A stretch of DNA of 64,000 nucleotides from Ignavibacteriota bacterium (GTDB taxonomy: Bacteria; Bacteroidota; Ignavibacteria; UBA10030; CAVZMI01), in assembly GCA_963776275.1 (NCBI GenBank), contig CAVZMI010000034.1, positions 32,001-96,000 of the forward strand, in the 5' to 3' direction. How positions within the stretch are numbered: the stretch's first letter is position 1; every line of letters begins with the position of its first letter. This document shows positions 1 to 9,112 of this stretch, piece after piece. The notes below the pieces were generated by a model. The model ran no database searches and was not told the origin of the DNA. It was given only the letters and a program-made list of their open reading frames with translations. The translations under genes and the position numbers were made by a program.

Positions 1-12
1 TGAGGAATATAT

Positions 13-534
13 ATGTTTTTTGGATTATTAAAAGTCGATAAATCAGAGCCAAAAATAAAAAAATTGGATGCACCTATAAAAATGATCGGTGTTTCGCTGA
101 AGACAAGTATGAAAACAATATATAAAGATGCAGTTGTTTTAGGAAAAGAATATCAAAAGGTTAAAAAGCTAAACATAATTCAAAATAAAAAAATACCCTG
201 GTCTTTCGTTGCGGTAAGTAAAAATTTCAGTGATAACAATAGTAGGTGGGAATATTTGATGGGTGATGTTGTAACAACATTTGATAATACACCGAAAGGA
301 TTAATAACATTTGAAATTCCAGCAAATACTTATGCAGTATTCACAATTCGGCCAAAATTAAATTTTCTTTGGGATCCTATTATTGGGATGACAAAGAAGT
401 ATATATTTACAGAGTGGCTGCCTAATTCAAAATATGAATCTAATAATAGTATTATAGGTGATTTTGAATATCACGATGAACGAAGTGTATCTAAAAATCC
501 ATCCATAGATTTGTATGTAGCTGTTAAAGATTAG
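13..534 (+). CDS. GyrI-like small-molecule binding domain protein (cassette 1)
   Basis: Motifs IKMIGVS...YLMGDVV...PKGLITFEIPANTYAVFT...YIFTEWLPNSKYE...DFEYHD...IDLYVAVK are typical of GyrI-like/AraC effector-binding domains. Very AT-rich. Confidence 0.85.
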   Translation: MFFGLLKVDKSEPKIKKLDAPIKMIGVSLKTSMKTIYKDAVVLGKEYQKVKKLNIIQNKKIPWSFVAVSKNFSDNNSRWEYLMGDVVTTFDNTPKGLITFEIPANTYAVFTIRPKLNFLWDPIIGMTKKYIFTEWLPNSKYESNNSIIGDFEYHDERSVSKNPSIDLYVAVKD

Positions 535-558
535 AAGTGAAATAATATGCATACAGCT

Positions 559-664
559 GCATATCATAGCAGGCACTATAACGTGAAAAACACCCTACCC
601 CGCCACATAAAATTATTTTATATCAGTATCGGGTAAGACGGTGTGGTTTGCGTGAACGTTATGG
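559..664 (+). other. attC-like site 1
   Basis: GCATATC (559-565) to GTTATGG (658-664). Imperfect outer stem GCAGGC/GTTTGC, inner CACC/GGTG and an ATAAAAT/ATTTTAT hairpin. Confidence 0.6.
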
Positions 665-696
665 GCAATTGCTAACACAAAAGAAGGAGAGGTCTT

Positions 697-1731
697 GTGT
701 CTCGTAGGCTCCATATGGAAATCATCTTATTGATCTTATGCGCTGCGACAAATTTGGTAATGAGCCAGGAGATACTAACGATAAGCACGAAGATCCCACA
801 CGCTCGGAAGTACCACAGCTTCCTGTACCACGATACCAGCGGTTGTGTTCTTTTGTTCTCAGGCGTTTCGAGAAGCGGATGGACGACCGATCTCATGGAC
901 ATCTGGTCGTATGATGTAAAGTCTGGCCAATGGAACAACGTCGGCATCTGTGAACCTCTCCAGCCCGACAGCTCTAATGTATTCACTTCCGCTGTCTACG
1001 ATAGCAAATCAAATCGCGTTATAATATTCGATCGTCAGGGACAAACCTGGGCCTATCATTTTGAGAAGAATACGTGGCAGAATATGAAGCCGAATGTATC
1101 GCCACTCCCCCGATGCGGGCAGGGGATGGCGTATGATACTGAATCCGACCGCGTGATTATGTTCGGCGGATTTGGATGCAAGGGAGTCAACGACAGCGTT
1201 TATGCGGACACATGGGCCTATAACTATGATTCCAACACCTGGACCTTGATGCATCCCATGCTTTCCCCACCCGCTCGTATGTACTCTGCGATGGCAGACG
1301 ACAGTAAACTGGATCGCGTTGTTATGTGGGGAGGAAGGCTGTGGAAGCCGTTGCCGGACAACGCTGTGTGGGCATACGATTTTAATTCTGATACCTGGAC
1401 TCGCTACGAGAATGACGGCGGCCCGGCACAGGCGCTCACCTATGCCAACATGGTATACCGGACAGCGACTCACGATTTCTTTCTGTATGGAGGTGCAGTG
1501 CTAGTAGCAGCGTTCAAAGGCAAGCCCACGAATGAAACGTGGACGTATGAACTTTCTTCCAACACATGGAAGCGGCTCATGCCAAACCATTTGCCACCCC
1601 CACTTGCCAACCACGGTATGGCGTATGTCCCGACTAGCAGTGTCGTCATCCTGTTCGGGGGAGAACTTGTAGCTCTCTATTCTGACAAGCTATTCAGTGA
1701 CGTTCTGGTTATTCGACTCGAAGACAAATGA
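697..1731 (+). CDS. Secreted Kelch-repeat (beta-propeller) protein (cassette 2)
   Basis: Signal-peptide-like N-terminus and repeated P-P-R/H-GMAYD...VIMFGG...DTWAYxxxxNTW Kelch units. RBS AAGGAG upstream of the GTG start. Confidence 0.85.
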   Translation: MSRRLHMEIILLILCAATNLVMSQEILTISTKIPHARKYHSFLYHDTSGCVLLFSGVSRSGWTTDLMDIWSYDVKSGQWNNVGICEPLQPDSSNVFTSAVYDSKSNRVIIFDRQGQTWAYHFEKNTWQNMKPNVSPLPRCGQGMAYDTESDRVIMFGGFGCKGVNDSVYADTWAYNYDSNTWTLMHPMLSPPARMYSAMADDSKLDRVVMWGGRLWKPLPDNAVWAYDFNSDTWTRYENDGGPAQALTYANMVYRTATHDFFLYGGAVLVAAFKGKPTNETWTYELSSNTWKRLMPNHLPPPLANHGMAYVPTSSVVILFGGELVALYSDKLFSDVLVIRLEDK

Positions 1732-1758
1732 TTGGGTCAAGCAATAGTTCGCAACTGC

Positions 1759-1884
1759 TCATATCACGCAAAACAACGACGTTGGAATAGGCAGGGAATA
1801 AAAAACCTCGCTCAATATTTTTGTTCGCTTGAATTAGATTTATACGCTCACAAAAATATTGCGTTGTTTTGCAGGACGTTAATC
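1759..1884 (+). other. attC-like site 2
   Basis: TCATATC (1759-1765). Perfect stems GCAAAACAACG (1768-1778)/CGTTGTTTTGC (1862-1872) and CAATATTTTTGT (1813-1824)/ACAAAAATATTG (1850-1861). Ends GTTAATC (1878-1884). Confidence 0.75.
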
Positions 1885-1926
1885 GCCACACAGCGGACAA
1901 TTTGTGCAATCAACGGAGGTGAATTT

Positions 1927-2771
1927 GTGAACTCCAAATGCATCATTCTGCTTGTTGCATTTATTGCTGTGCGATATTCTGCAGCACAGCAAGAGGCAAA
2001 GCTCTACGGAATCGAACGCGTCTATTTCCGACCTGTTCTAGAATCGGATTCAAACCTGATGCGACAGCCCAACGTGGCCTCATTTCTGCCGATTCAACTC
2101 AAGTCTTCCGACCTCGGCTCAATTTAAACAACTCTTTGGATGAAATAGCTGTTCGGGATTTTCGTCTCCCATTTGATCCTCACGGTAAGGAACTCTGGAT
2201 TCGGGAGATTGTTAACAGTGAACATCATCGAATATTTGAGACATGGTGGGCCATGTATGCAGGTGGAAAACGTAGTTGCTTGTGGCGCTTTAGGGCCGAT
2301 CCGAGAGACAACGACGACAAAGCGCTAACGAACTATGTACTAGATAGTGTGTTACAGTCTGGAGAGCACACCATCGCTGTTCGAGTCCAAGGAACAATGT
2401 TTCGCCCACAAGGGGCTTGGTGGGTAACAGGAAAAGTGTTCAATTTCTCCATAGTCGACTCTGGATTAGTTTTCTCATGTATTGAAAACACGTTCGGCTT
2501 TTTTCATGGCTACAACCGGGGCGAGGATCCGCCGATCAGCGTCATGTCGGAAGAGCTAGTCGACAAGCGTTTTCGGAAGCGTGAGGTGTACAAAACTCCC
2601 GAGCATATTCTCAGGCTATGCGGATTCCGAAATCCAGTAACAGATGACGCATCACAATTCAATTGGATAGAACTCCGACAAGTTGCTCGCTGCATTACCG
2701 AAAGAGCTGGTGCAAAGGAATCTTTTCGTGCAATGTATGCACCCACGTTTGTTGAACGTGGTGGGAAATGA
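1927..2771 (+). CDS. Hypothetical secreted protein, frameshifted near 2115-2127 (cassette 3)
   Basis: GGAGGT RBS then GTG at 1927 with a signal-peptide-like start in the 1732..2127 frame. Continues in the 1938..2771 frame. Confidence 0.6.
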
Positions 2772-2835
2772 GGTGTGCTCACCAAGCAACATGGTTTACG
2801 TAGTATTAAGGTCGGAGGGTGATCCGCTTCGCGGC

Positions 2836-2983
2836 ACTTATCAGCACCAACTACGACACTCGCTTCATTTGGTAAGGCAACGTTGGTCCCTAGTTCGGCG
2901 CGACAAATAAAGGTCGTTCACCCCGCCCGTCAATTGACAGAATGTTGGTCGGTCGGGGTGCGTAGTTGGCCCAGATGTTATGC
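2836..2983 (+). other. attC-like site 3
   Basis: ACTTATC (2836-2842). Stems CCAACTACG (2847-2855)/CGTAGTTGG (2961-2969) and CACCCCGCCCG (2919-2929)/CGGTCGGGGTG (2950-2960). Ends GTTATGC (2977-2983). Confidence 0.75.
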
Positions 2984-3035
2984 GCCATTTGCGTTGCGTT
3001 AACTCATGAGAAACAGGAACGAAAGGGAAAACAAT

Positions 3036-3398
3036 ATGAAAGTCACAGGACTCTCTCTCTGCCTCCTTATAGGAACGGTCTTCTTGTACAACGGATGCAA
3101 GGATGACACAACGGCCCTAGAAGATAATATCTGTTCCTTTGTTAATCCGTATTTGGTTGATAGGCCCGAGAATGGTGCCAATATTCCAGGTTGCGGAACT
3201 ACAAATGTAACTGTTTCAAATGTTCAGCGTATCCAACCATATGCAGTTGTATATTCATTTGATTTCACAATCTCCTGTTCGTCCAGTGGAAAGACTTACT
3301 CGGGGAGAGTCTACGAAGTTGAGTATTCGGACAATTGGATTCCAATAGCTTACAAGCTGGATATTAACGGGAAAAATTGTGGTAGGATTCAAATGTAG
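3036..3398 (+). CDS. Hypothetical lipoprotein (cassette 4; no downstream attC-like site seen)
   Basis: MKVTGLSLCLLIGTVFLYNGC lipoprotein-type signal; the mature part contains several Cys residues. Confidence 0.7.
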   Translation: MKVTGLSLCLLIGTVFLYNGCKDDTTALEDNICSFVNPYLVDRPENGANIPGCGTTNVTVSNVQRIQPYAVVYSFDFTISCSSSGKTYSGRVYEVEYSDNWIPIAYKLDINGKNCGRIQM

Positions 3399-3448
3399 GA
3401 ATTAGCTGGAGAATTGACCAATCATCAATGCCGGAGCGATATTCTTAT

Positions 3449-4144
3449 CTATTCCTTCTCTTTTTTCTTCCCTTCGATGACAATGACAAATTCCCCCTTG
3501 ATGTTCCGGGATGAAAAATGTTCAAGAACCGAAGAGACGGAACCGCGCAGCACCTCCTCGAATTTTTTCGTCAGCTCGCGCGCCACGGCAATCCGGCGAT
3601 CGCCAAAATACTGCTGAATATCTGCAAGTGTGCGGAGTACTTTATGGGGGGATTCGTAGAGGATGACTGTCCGTTCCTCTTTTGCAAGCCGTTTCAGCAT
3701 CGTCTGGCGCCCTTTCTTCGCCGGCAGAAAGCCTTCGAAGACGAACGCATCCGCCGATAAACCGCTGACGACGAGAGCGGCCACAAAGGCGGTGGGGCCC
3801 GGAATGGGAACGACCGGCACATCGGCGTCGATCGCGGCACGCACAATGCTGTAAGCAGGATCCGAGATGCCCGGCGTCCCGGCATCCGACACCAGCGCGA
3901 TCGATTGACCCTGCTCGAGCTTATCTATAAGATCGGGTACCCGGCGCTGCTCGTTATAACTGTAGAAGCTTATGAGCGGTTTCTTAATTTCGAAATGATC
4001 TAATAGAATCTTCGTCGTTCGCGTGTCTTCTGCAGCTATCAGATCGACAGATTTTAATATCTCCAGCGCCCGTACGGTGATATCGCCGAGATTGCCGATA
4101 GGAGTCGCGACAATAAATAAGACTCCTCGCGAAGTATTCACCAT
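3449..4144 (-). CDS. rsmI: 16S rRNA (cytidine1402-2'-O)-methyltransferase
   Basis: LFIVATPIGNLGDIT, AAEDTRTT, VSDAGTPGISDP, YESPHK and ARELTKKFEE motifs. Start moved to the ATG at 4144. Confidence 0.95.
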   Translation of the reverse strand: MVNTSRGVLFIVATPIGNLGDITVRALEILKSVDLIAAEDTRTTKILLDHFEIKKPLISFYSYNEQRRVPDLIDKLEQGQSIALVSDAGTPGISDPAYSIVRAAIDADVPVVPIPGPTAFVAALVVSGLSADAFVFEGFLPAKKGRQTMLKRLAKEERTVILYESPHKVLRTLADIQQYFGDRRIAVARELTKKFEEVLRGSVSSVLEHFSSRNIKGEFVIVIEGKKKEKE

Positions 4145-4246
4145 ATTTGATGAAGAATATTCAATCATAATGTCATAATATAGGAATATGAGATGAAAAA
4201 AAGAAATGAATATACGATTCAAAAAGATGTATACGTGTATTTCACC

Positions 4247-4282
4247 AAAAAAAACGGCCAGATGCCCCAAGGCTCCTGGCCG
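4247..4282 (-). terminator. Intrinsic terminator after lat
   Basis: Minus strand CGGCCAG...CTGGCCG stem followed by a T8 tract. Confidence 0.7.
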
Positions 4283-4328
4283 CATTATGGCGTTCTCCCC
4301 GTATTTTAAGATCCGAAATCCAGAGATC

Positions 4329-5726
4329 CTATTTCAGCGATGAAAGGACCTGACGAATAATTTGCATTCCCTTATCGACGTTTTCCTTTGAAAGTATCAG
4401 CGGGGGACGGAACCGGATCGTCCGCTCTCCACATCCCATAATAATCAATCCCAGCTCATAAGCCTTTTTACGAAATTGTCTACGGCTCTCGGGAGAATCG
4501 AAATCCATGGCGCACATGAGTCCTCTGCCGCGGATGTTGTGAATCAGCAGCGGAAATTCCTCGCCGATCTCCTGAAGCCGTATCAGGAGATACTCGCCGA
4601 CAACGCGGGCATTCTCAACGAGATTTTCTTCCTCGATGATCTGCAGTATCTTTGTGAACCGCACCATGTCGACGAGATTCCCGCCGAACGTCGAATTCAG
4701 CCGGCTCGATTTATGAAATACATTATCCTTCACTTCGTCAATGCGCGTGCTGCACATGAAGCCGCAGATGTGCGTTTTCTTGCCGAATGCCATCATGTCG
4801 GGCTTCACGAAATGTTCATGAGCCCACATGGCTCCGGTCAGGCCGACGCCTGTCTGCACCTCATCGAAGATCAGCATGATCTCGTTTTCATCGCAGATCC
4901 TTCGCAGCTCGACGAAAAATTCTTTCCGGAAGTGGTGATCTCCCCCTTCGGACTGGATCGGTTCGATGATCATCGCTGCAATGTCATCCGGATTGTTGAT
5001 GATCGCTTCTTTGATCTGACCGAGGGCAATCTGCTCCGCATTGATCACCTCATTGAGGTTTCGTTCATTCAACGGGAAGCGGATCGCCGGATTCAGAATC
5101 CGCGGCCACTTGAACTTCGGGAAATAATTTGTCTTGGTCGGATCTGTATTTGTGAGCGACATCGTATATCCACTCCGGCCGTGAAATGCCTGCCGGAAAT
5201 GAATGACCTGATGTCCCCGTTCTATCGTATATCCTTTTATAAAATTTTTTCGGACCTTCCAATCAAACGCCGTCTTCAAGGCATTTTCATTCGCCAATGC
5301 ACCGCCATCAATATAAAATACATATGGGAGATACGACGGCATCGCGATGCGGCTGAAAGTCTCGACGAATTCGGCCATCTCAACCGTGTAGATATCCGAA
5401 AGCGTCGGCTTATTCACAGCAGCATAACCCAGTTTCTCGCGGAATGCGGGCGAGTTCAAACCGGGATGGTTCATTCCCACCGCCGATGATGCGAAAAACG
5501 AGAAGAAGTCAAGGAATTCTCTCTCACGCCGCGAATCATAAATATAGCAGCCGTGACTTTTTTGCAGGTCAACGACCATGTCAAGACCGTCGGCCAGCAT
5601 GTGCTTCGCGAGCGTGGTATGAACTTCCTGTGGCGTGATGTGTACGGGGGCCGCAGTGGCCTTCTTCCCCGTTACTTCTGTTTCCTTCTGAACGGGGTTC
5701 TTATCGACAACCAATGTGTCGGGCAT
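4329..5726 (-). CDS. lat: L-lysine 6-transaminase (class III aminotransferase)
   Basis: HMLADGLDMVVDL, FLDFFSFFAS, ALKTAFDWK, EPIQSEGGD, FDEVQTGVG, FGKKT and SRLNSTFGGNLVDMVR are characteristic of Lat. Confidence 0.92.
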   Translation of the reverse strand: MPDTLVVDKNPVQKETEVTGKKATAAPVHITPQEVHTTLAKHMLADGLDMVVDLQKSHGCYIYDSRREREFLDFFSFFASSAVGMNHPGLNSPAFREKLGYAAVNKPTLSDIYTVEMAEFVETFSRIAMPSYLPYVFYIDGGALANENALKTAFDWKVRKNFIKGYTIERGHQVIHFRQAFHGRSGYTMSLTNTDPTKTNYFPKFKWPRILNPAIRFPLNERNLNEVINAEQIALGQIKEAIINNPDDIAAMIIEPIQSEGGDHHFRKEFFVELRRICDENEIMLIFDEVQTGVGLTGAMWAHEHFVKPDMMAFGKKTHICGFMCSTRIDEVKDNVFHKSSRLNSTFGGNLVDMVRFTKILQIIEEENLVENARVVGEYLLIRLQEIGEEFPLLIHNIRGRGLMCAMDFDSPESRRQFRKKAYELGLIIMGCGERTIRFRPPLILSKENVDKGMQIIRQVLSSLK

Positions 5727-6020
5727 GGAACACCTCCTTCATGATTCAGGGTACTATGTCGTTGTAATAAAATAGACACAATCCCTCTCTCAGAAGAATT
5801 CCTGATGCTCAAAAAACGAAACAATATATGTTACACGACCGACCATGATATAATATACCTGTTTATAATGAAGAAAACAATTATCCCCTTGCTGACGTTC
5901 CCTACCTCTATAATAATCGACATTTTTATGTCTTCACTTAAGGAGAAATCCAAATAAATATTGAATTGTACCAGCTATAACTTGCCGCTATAGTCGACAT
6001 ATACCGTCCTTATATCTATG

Positions 6021-6092
6021 CCTCGGGAGGTGGACCGTCCCTCGTAACACTCTTTTTATTCTGCACGTTCCGAGGGAGCATGACTCCCAAGG
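6021..6092. other. GC-rich imperfect hairpin in the ALDH-lat intergenic region
   Basis: CCTCGGGAG/CTCCCAAGG outer arms and TCCCTCGTAAC/GTTCCGAGGGA inner arms. Confidence 0.5.
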
Positions 6093-6102
6093 AATATATG
6101 CC

Positions 6103-6133
6103 AACCTTAAACCTTAAACCTTCAACCTTAAAC
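6103..6133. repeat. Heptamer tandem repeat (AACCTTA)n
   Basis: AACCTTA AACCTTA AACCTTC AACCTTA AAC. Confidence 0.85.
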
Positions 6134-6138
6134 GCTCT

Positions 6139-7626
6139 TCAGTAATTATCTATCTGCGCCCGTTGCAGCTTACCGCTAAAATCGACATATACTGTTTTCC
6201 ATTCTGTGTAGAAGTCGTACACCGCCCATCCACCCTCACGGTGTCCGTTACCCGTCTCCTTAACTCCACCGAACGGCATATGGGCTTCGGCGCCGATGGT
6301 CGGGACATTGATATAGGTGATGCCCGCTTTGATATCCCGTATGGCCTGAAATGCCGAGTTCACGTTTGTCGTGTAGATGGAAGATGAGAGTCCGTACGGT
6401 GTGTCGTTTAGAACTACAATCGCTTCTTCGAGTGTCTTCACTTTGAGAACCGATAACACAGGACCGAAAATTTCTTCCCTTGCAATTCTCATTTCCGGAA
6501 TCACATCGGTGAAAATTGTCGGTTTGTAGAACCATCCTTTGCTTGCCTCGCCTTCGGTATAGATCTCACCGCCTATTGCAATTTTCGCTCTCTCCTTCTT
6601 TCCGATTTCGACATAGCTCTGAACTATATCGCGTTGTGATTTATTAACACATGGACCGACATCAACATCCGGCAGCAAACCGTCACCGAGTTTAAGTTTT
6701 TCAGTCCGCTTGATCAACATATCGATGAACGTATTGTAGATACCTTCCTGAAGTATAAGCCGGCTCGTTGCAGTGCAGCGCTGCCCAGTGGTCCCGAACG
6801 CACCCCAGAGAACACCGTCGAGTGCGAGCTCAAGATTCGAATCGTCCATAACAATCTGCGCATTTTTCCCGCCGAGTTCGAGTGAAACACGTTTGAGTGT
6901 CTTCCCCGCGGCTGAAGCAATAATCTTCCCGACTGATGAAGAACCCGTGAAGCTGATCAGGTCGATATCCGGATGTTCGACTATCGCCATACCGACTTCA
7001 CTGCCGGTACCGTGGACGATATTGACGACTCCATCAGGAACTCCGGCTTCCGTCAGAATTTCAACAAGCTTTGCGGCAGTCTCAGGAGTATCCGATGCCG
7101 GCTTAAACACCACAGTATTACCGCTAAGCAGGGCCGGAAAGATTTTCCAGGTCGGAATTGCCATTGGAAAATTCCATGGAGTGATGATCCCGGCAACGCC
7201 GATCGGCACTCTTATTGCCATATTAAACTTGTTTGGAAGCTCTGAAGGTACTGTATGACCGAACAGCCGCCGTCCTTCTGTGGCTGCATAGTATGCGGTA
7301 TCGATTCCTTCCTGAACGTCGGCGCGTGTTTCGAGCAGCACCTTCCCCATTTCTTTCGTCATTATGCGAGCCAGTTCTTCTTTTCTTGCTACGAGGATAT
7401 CTCCGACCTTTCGCATGATGTCACCGCGTTTTGGTGCAGGTACGAGGCGCCATTTCTCGAATGCCGTTCGCGCTGCTTTAACGGCTTCATCAACATCTTC
7501 TTTTGTGGATTTTGGAAAGGTACTGAGAATTTCATCCCAGTTGGCGGGGTTTCTATTTTCGAAGGCACGCCCTGATTGTGAATCGATGTTCTTACCATTG
7601 ATGAAGTTTTTGTAATGCTTCGCCAT
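6139..7626 (-). CDS. Aldehyde dehydrogenase (semialdehyde dehydrogenase-like)
   Basis: ITPWNFP, FKPAS, SFTGS, LELGGKN, GQRCTA, EEIFGP and PFGG ALDH motifs. Confidence 0.93.
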   Translation of the reverse strand: MAKHYKNFINGKNIDSQSGRAFENRNPANWDEILSTFPKSTKEDVDEAVKAARTAFEKWRLVPAPKRGDIMRKVGDILVARKEELARIMTKEMGKVLLETRADVQEGIDTAYYAATEGRRLFGHTVPSELPNKFNMAIRVPIGVAGIITPWNFPMAIPTWKIFPALLSGNTVVFKPASDTPETAAKLVEILTEAGVPDGVVNIVHGTGSEVGMAIVEHPDIDLISFTGSSSVGKIIASAAGKTLKRVSLELGGKNAQIVMDDSNLELALDGVLWGAFGTTGQRCTATSRLILQEGIYNTFIDMLIKRTEKLKLGDGLLPDVDVGPCVNKSQRDIVQSYVEIGKKERAKIAIGGEIYTEGEASKGWFYKPTIFTDVIPEMRIAREEIFGPVLSVLKVKTLEEAIVVLNDTPYGLSSSIYTTNVNSAFQAIRDIKAGITYINVPTIGAEAHMPFGGVKETGNGHREGGWAVYDFYTEWKTVYVDFSGKLQRAQIDNY

Positions 7627-7637
7627 GGTACACCCCC

Positions 7638-8933
7638 TTATGTCAGACCGACCCTTTTGAAGATCGTGTCGACATGTTTTGTGCTTCTGGAGAGATCGAA
7701 TAATTCGTCAATCTCTTTTTGTGAAAGGATTGCCGTAATTTCGGGTTCCGCTTTAAGGAGGTCCTTGAATTCCTGTTTGGTTTGCCAGGCCTCCATCGCA
7801 TTTTTCTGGACCAGCCGGTACGCATCTTCGCGATTCATCCCCTTTTTTGTCAGTGCAAGAAGCACCGGTTGCGAGAAAATGAGCCCGTGCGTAAGGTTCA
7901 GATTCGCCAGCATGTTTTCCGGATAAACAAGAAGTCTGTCCAGAACGTTCGAGGTCAGATGGATCATGTAATCAAGCAAAATGCAGCTATCGGGGATCAC
8001 AACGCGTTCAACGGATGAATGGGTGATATCACGCTCGTGCCACAATGCAACGTTTTCGAGTGCCGCCATTGCATTTCCGCGCAGAACGCGGGCGAGTCCG
8101 GCAATGCGTTCGCATGTGATCGGATTCCGTTTATGTGGCATGGCGGAGGAGCCTTTCTGGCCTTTGGAAAAATATTCCTCGGCTTCGAATACCTCGGTTC
8201 TTTGTAAATGCCGGATTTCCGTCGCAAATTTCTCGAGTGACGCTCCGATAATGGCAAGCGTGCTCATGAATTCCGCATGACGATCGCGCTGAAGCACCTG
8301 TGTTGAGACCGATGCCGGTTTCAATCCCAGTTTTCCGCATACATATTCTTCCACTTTCGGACTCAGATGCTCGAACGTTCCGACTGCACCCGAAATCATC
8401 CCCACCGAGATGGTCTCGATGGCATGTTCCAGTCGCGTAATATTCCGCTTGGTTTCTTCATACCAGATTGCAAATTTCAGTCCCATGGTAACAGGTTCCG
8501 CATGGATACCGTGTGTACGGCCGACCATAATGGTATTTTTTAATTCCACCGCGCGCCGGGCAAGGATTTCTTTCAATCCCTGAAGTCCTTTCAAAAGCAG
8601 CTCTCCCGATTGTTTCATCTGCACGGCCAGTGCTGTATCGAGAACATCCGAAGACGTTATGCCGAGGTGAATGAAACGCGATTCCGGACCCACATATTCT
8701 CCGACGTTCGTCAGAAAGGCGATCACATCGTGCTTGACTTCTTCTTCGATGGCCGCGATACGTTCAACATCGAATGCCGCCTTCTCGCGAATTACCGATA
8801 CTGCTTTAGAAGGAATCACACCCAGCTGTGCCTGTGCTTCACATGCAAGGATTTCGATTTGAAGCCAGATAGAAAATTTGTTTTTATCGTTCCAGATGGC
8901 CCCTATGGCAGGACGTGTATATCGTGAGATCAC
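7638..8933 (-). CDS. purB: Adenylosuccinate lyase
   Basis: [25 protein letters not shown] and [11 protein letters not shown] signatures. Confidence 0.97.
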   Translation of the reverse strand: MISRYTRPAIGAIWNDKNKFSIWLQIEILACEAQAQLGVIPSKAVSVIREKAAFDVERIAAIEEEVKHDVIAFLTNVGEYVGPESRFIHLGITSSDVLDTALAVQMKQSGELLLKGLQGLKEILARRAVELKNTIMVGRTHGIHAEPVTMGLKFAIWYEETKRNITRLEHAIETISVGMISGAVGTFEHLSPKVEEYVCGKLGLKPASVSTQVLQRDRHAEFMSTLAIIGASLEKFATEIRHLQRTEVFEAEEYFSKGQKGSSAMPHKRNPITCERIAGLARVLRGNAMAALENVALWHERDITHSSVERVVIPDSCILLDYMIHLTSNVLDRLLVYPENMLANLNLTHGLIFSQPVLLALTKKGMNREDAYRLVQKNAMEAWQTKQEFKDLLKAEPEITAILSQKEIDELFDLSRSTKHVDTIFKRVGLT

Positions 8934-9112
8934 TTGATAAGCACTCCTTTCTCTACCAGGCTAATAAGAAAACGGATTGGTCATTCCGACACTTCCCCCG
9001 ATGTTTGTCGAGGATAGATCAGAATCTACAAAATTAATTGAAAATGGCACTTCGAATTTGAGGAACACAACCTTAAAAAATAAATCGCCAGCCTGTTACA
9101 AATCGCAGACTC

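Larger units (their letters stand above)
1..3398 (+). mobile_element. Integron-like gene cassette array (4 genes, 3 atypical attC-like sites); integrase not in window
   Basis: Four unrelated co-oriented ORFs with visibly different base composition, separated by imperfect hairpins ending in GTTA. The left core of sites 2 and 3 is complementary to the sequence following the previous site's GTT. Confidence 0.75.

Noticed and set aside
575-664. Canonical attC reading of site 1 using CTATAAC (576-582) paired with GTTATGG
   Set aside because: Possible for this site alone (ATAACGT/ACGTTAT), but sites 2 and 3 have no equivalent. The TATC register gives the same spacer geometry in all three, so it is kept only as an alternative.
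4476-5489. Long antisense ORFs (e.g. 4476..5489, 41137..41955, 27074..27640)
   Set aside because: They are shadows of well-supported genes on the opposite strand, with no motifs of their own.
5727-6138. Lysine riboswitch upstream of lat
   Set aside because: The conserved AGAGG..., GAAAGG/GCCGAA elements and five-way junction are not visible.
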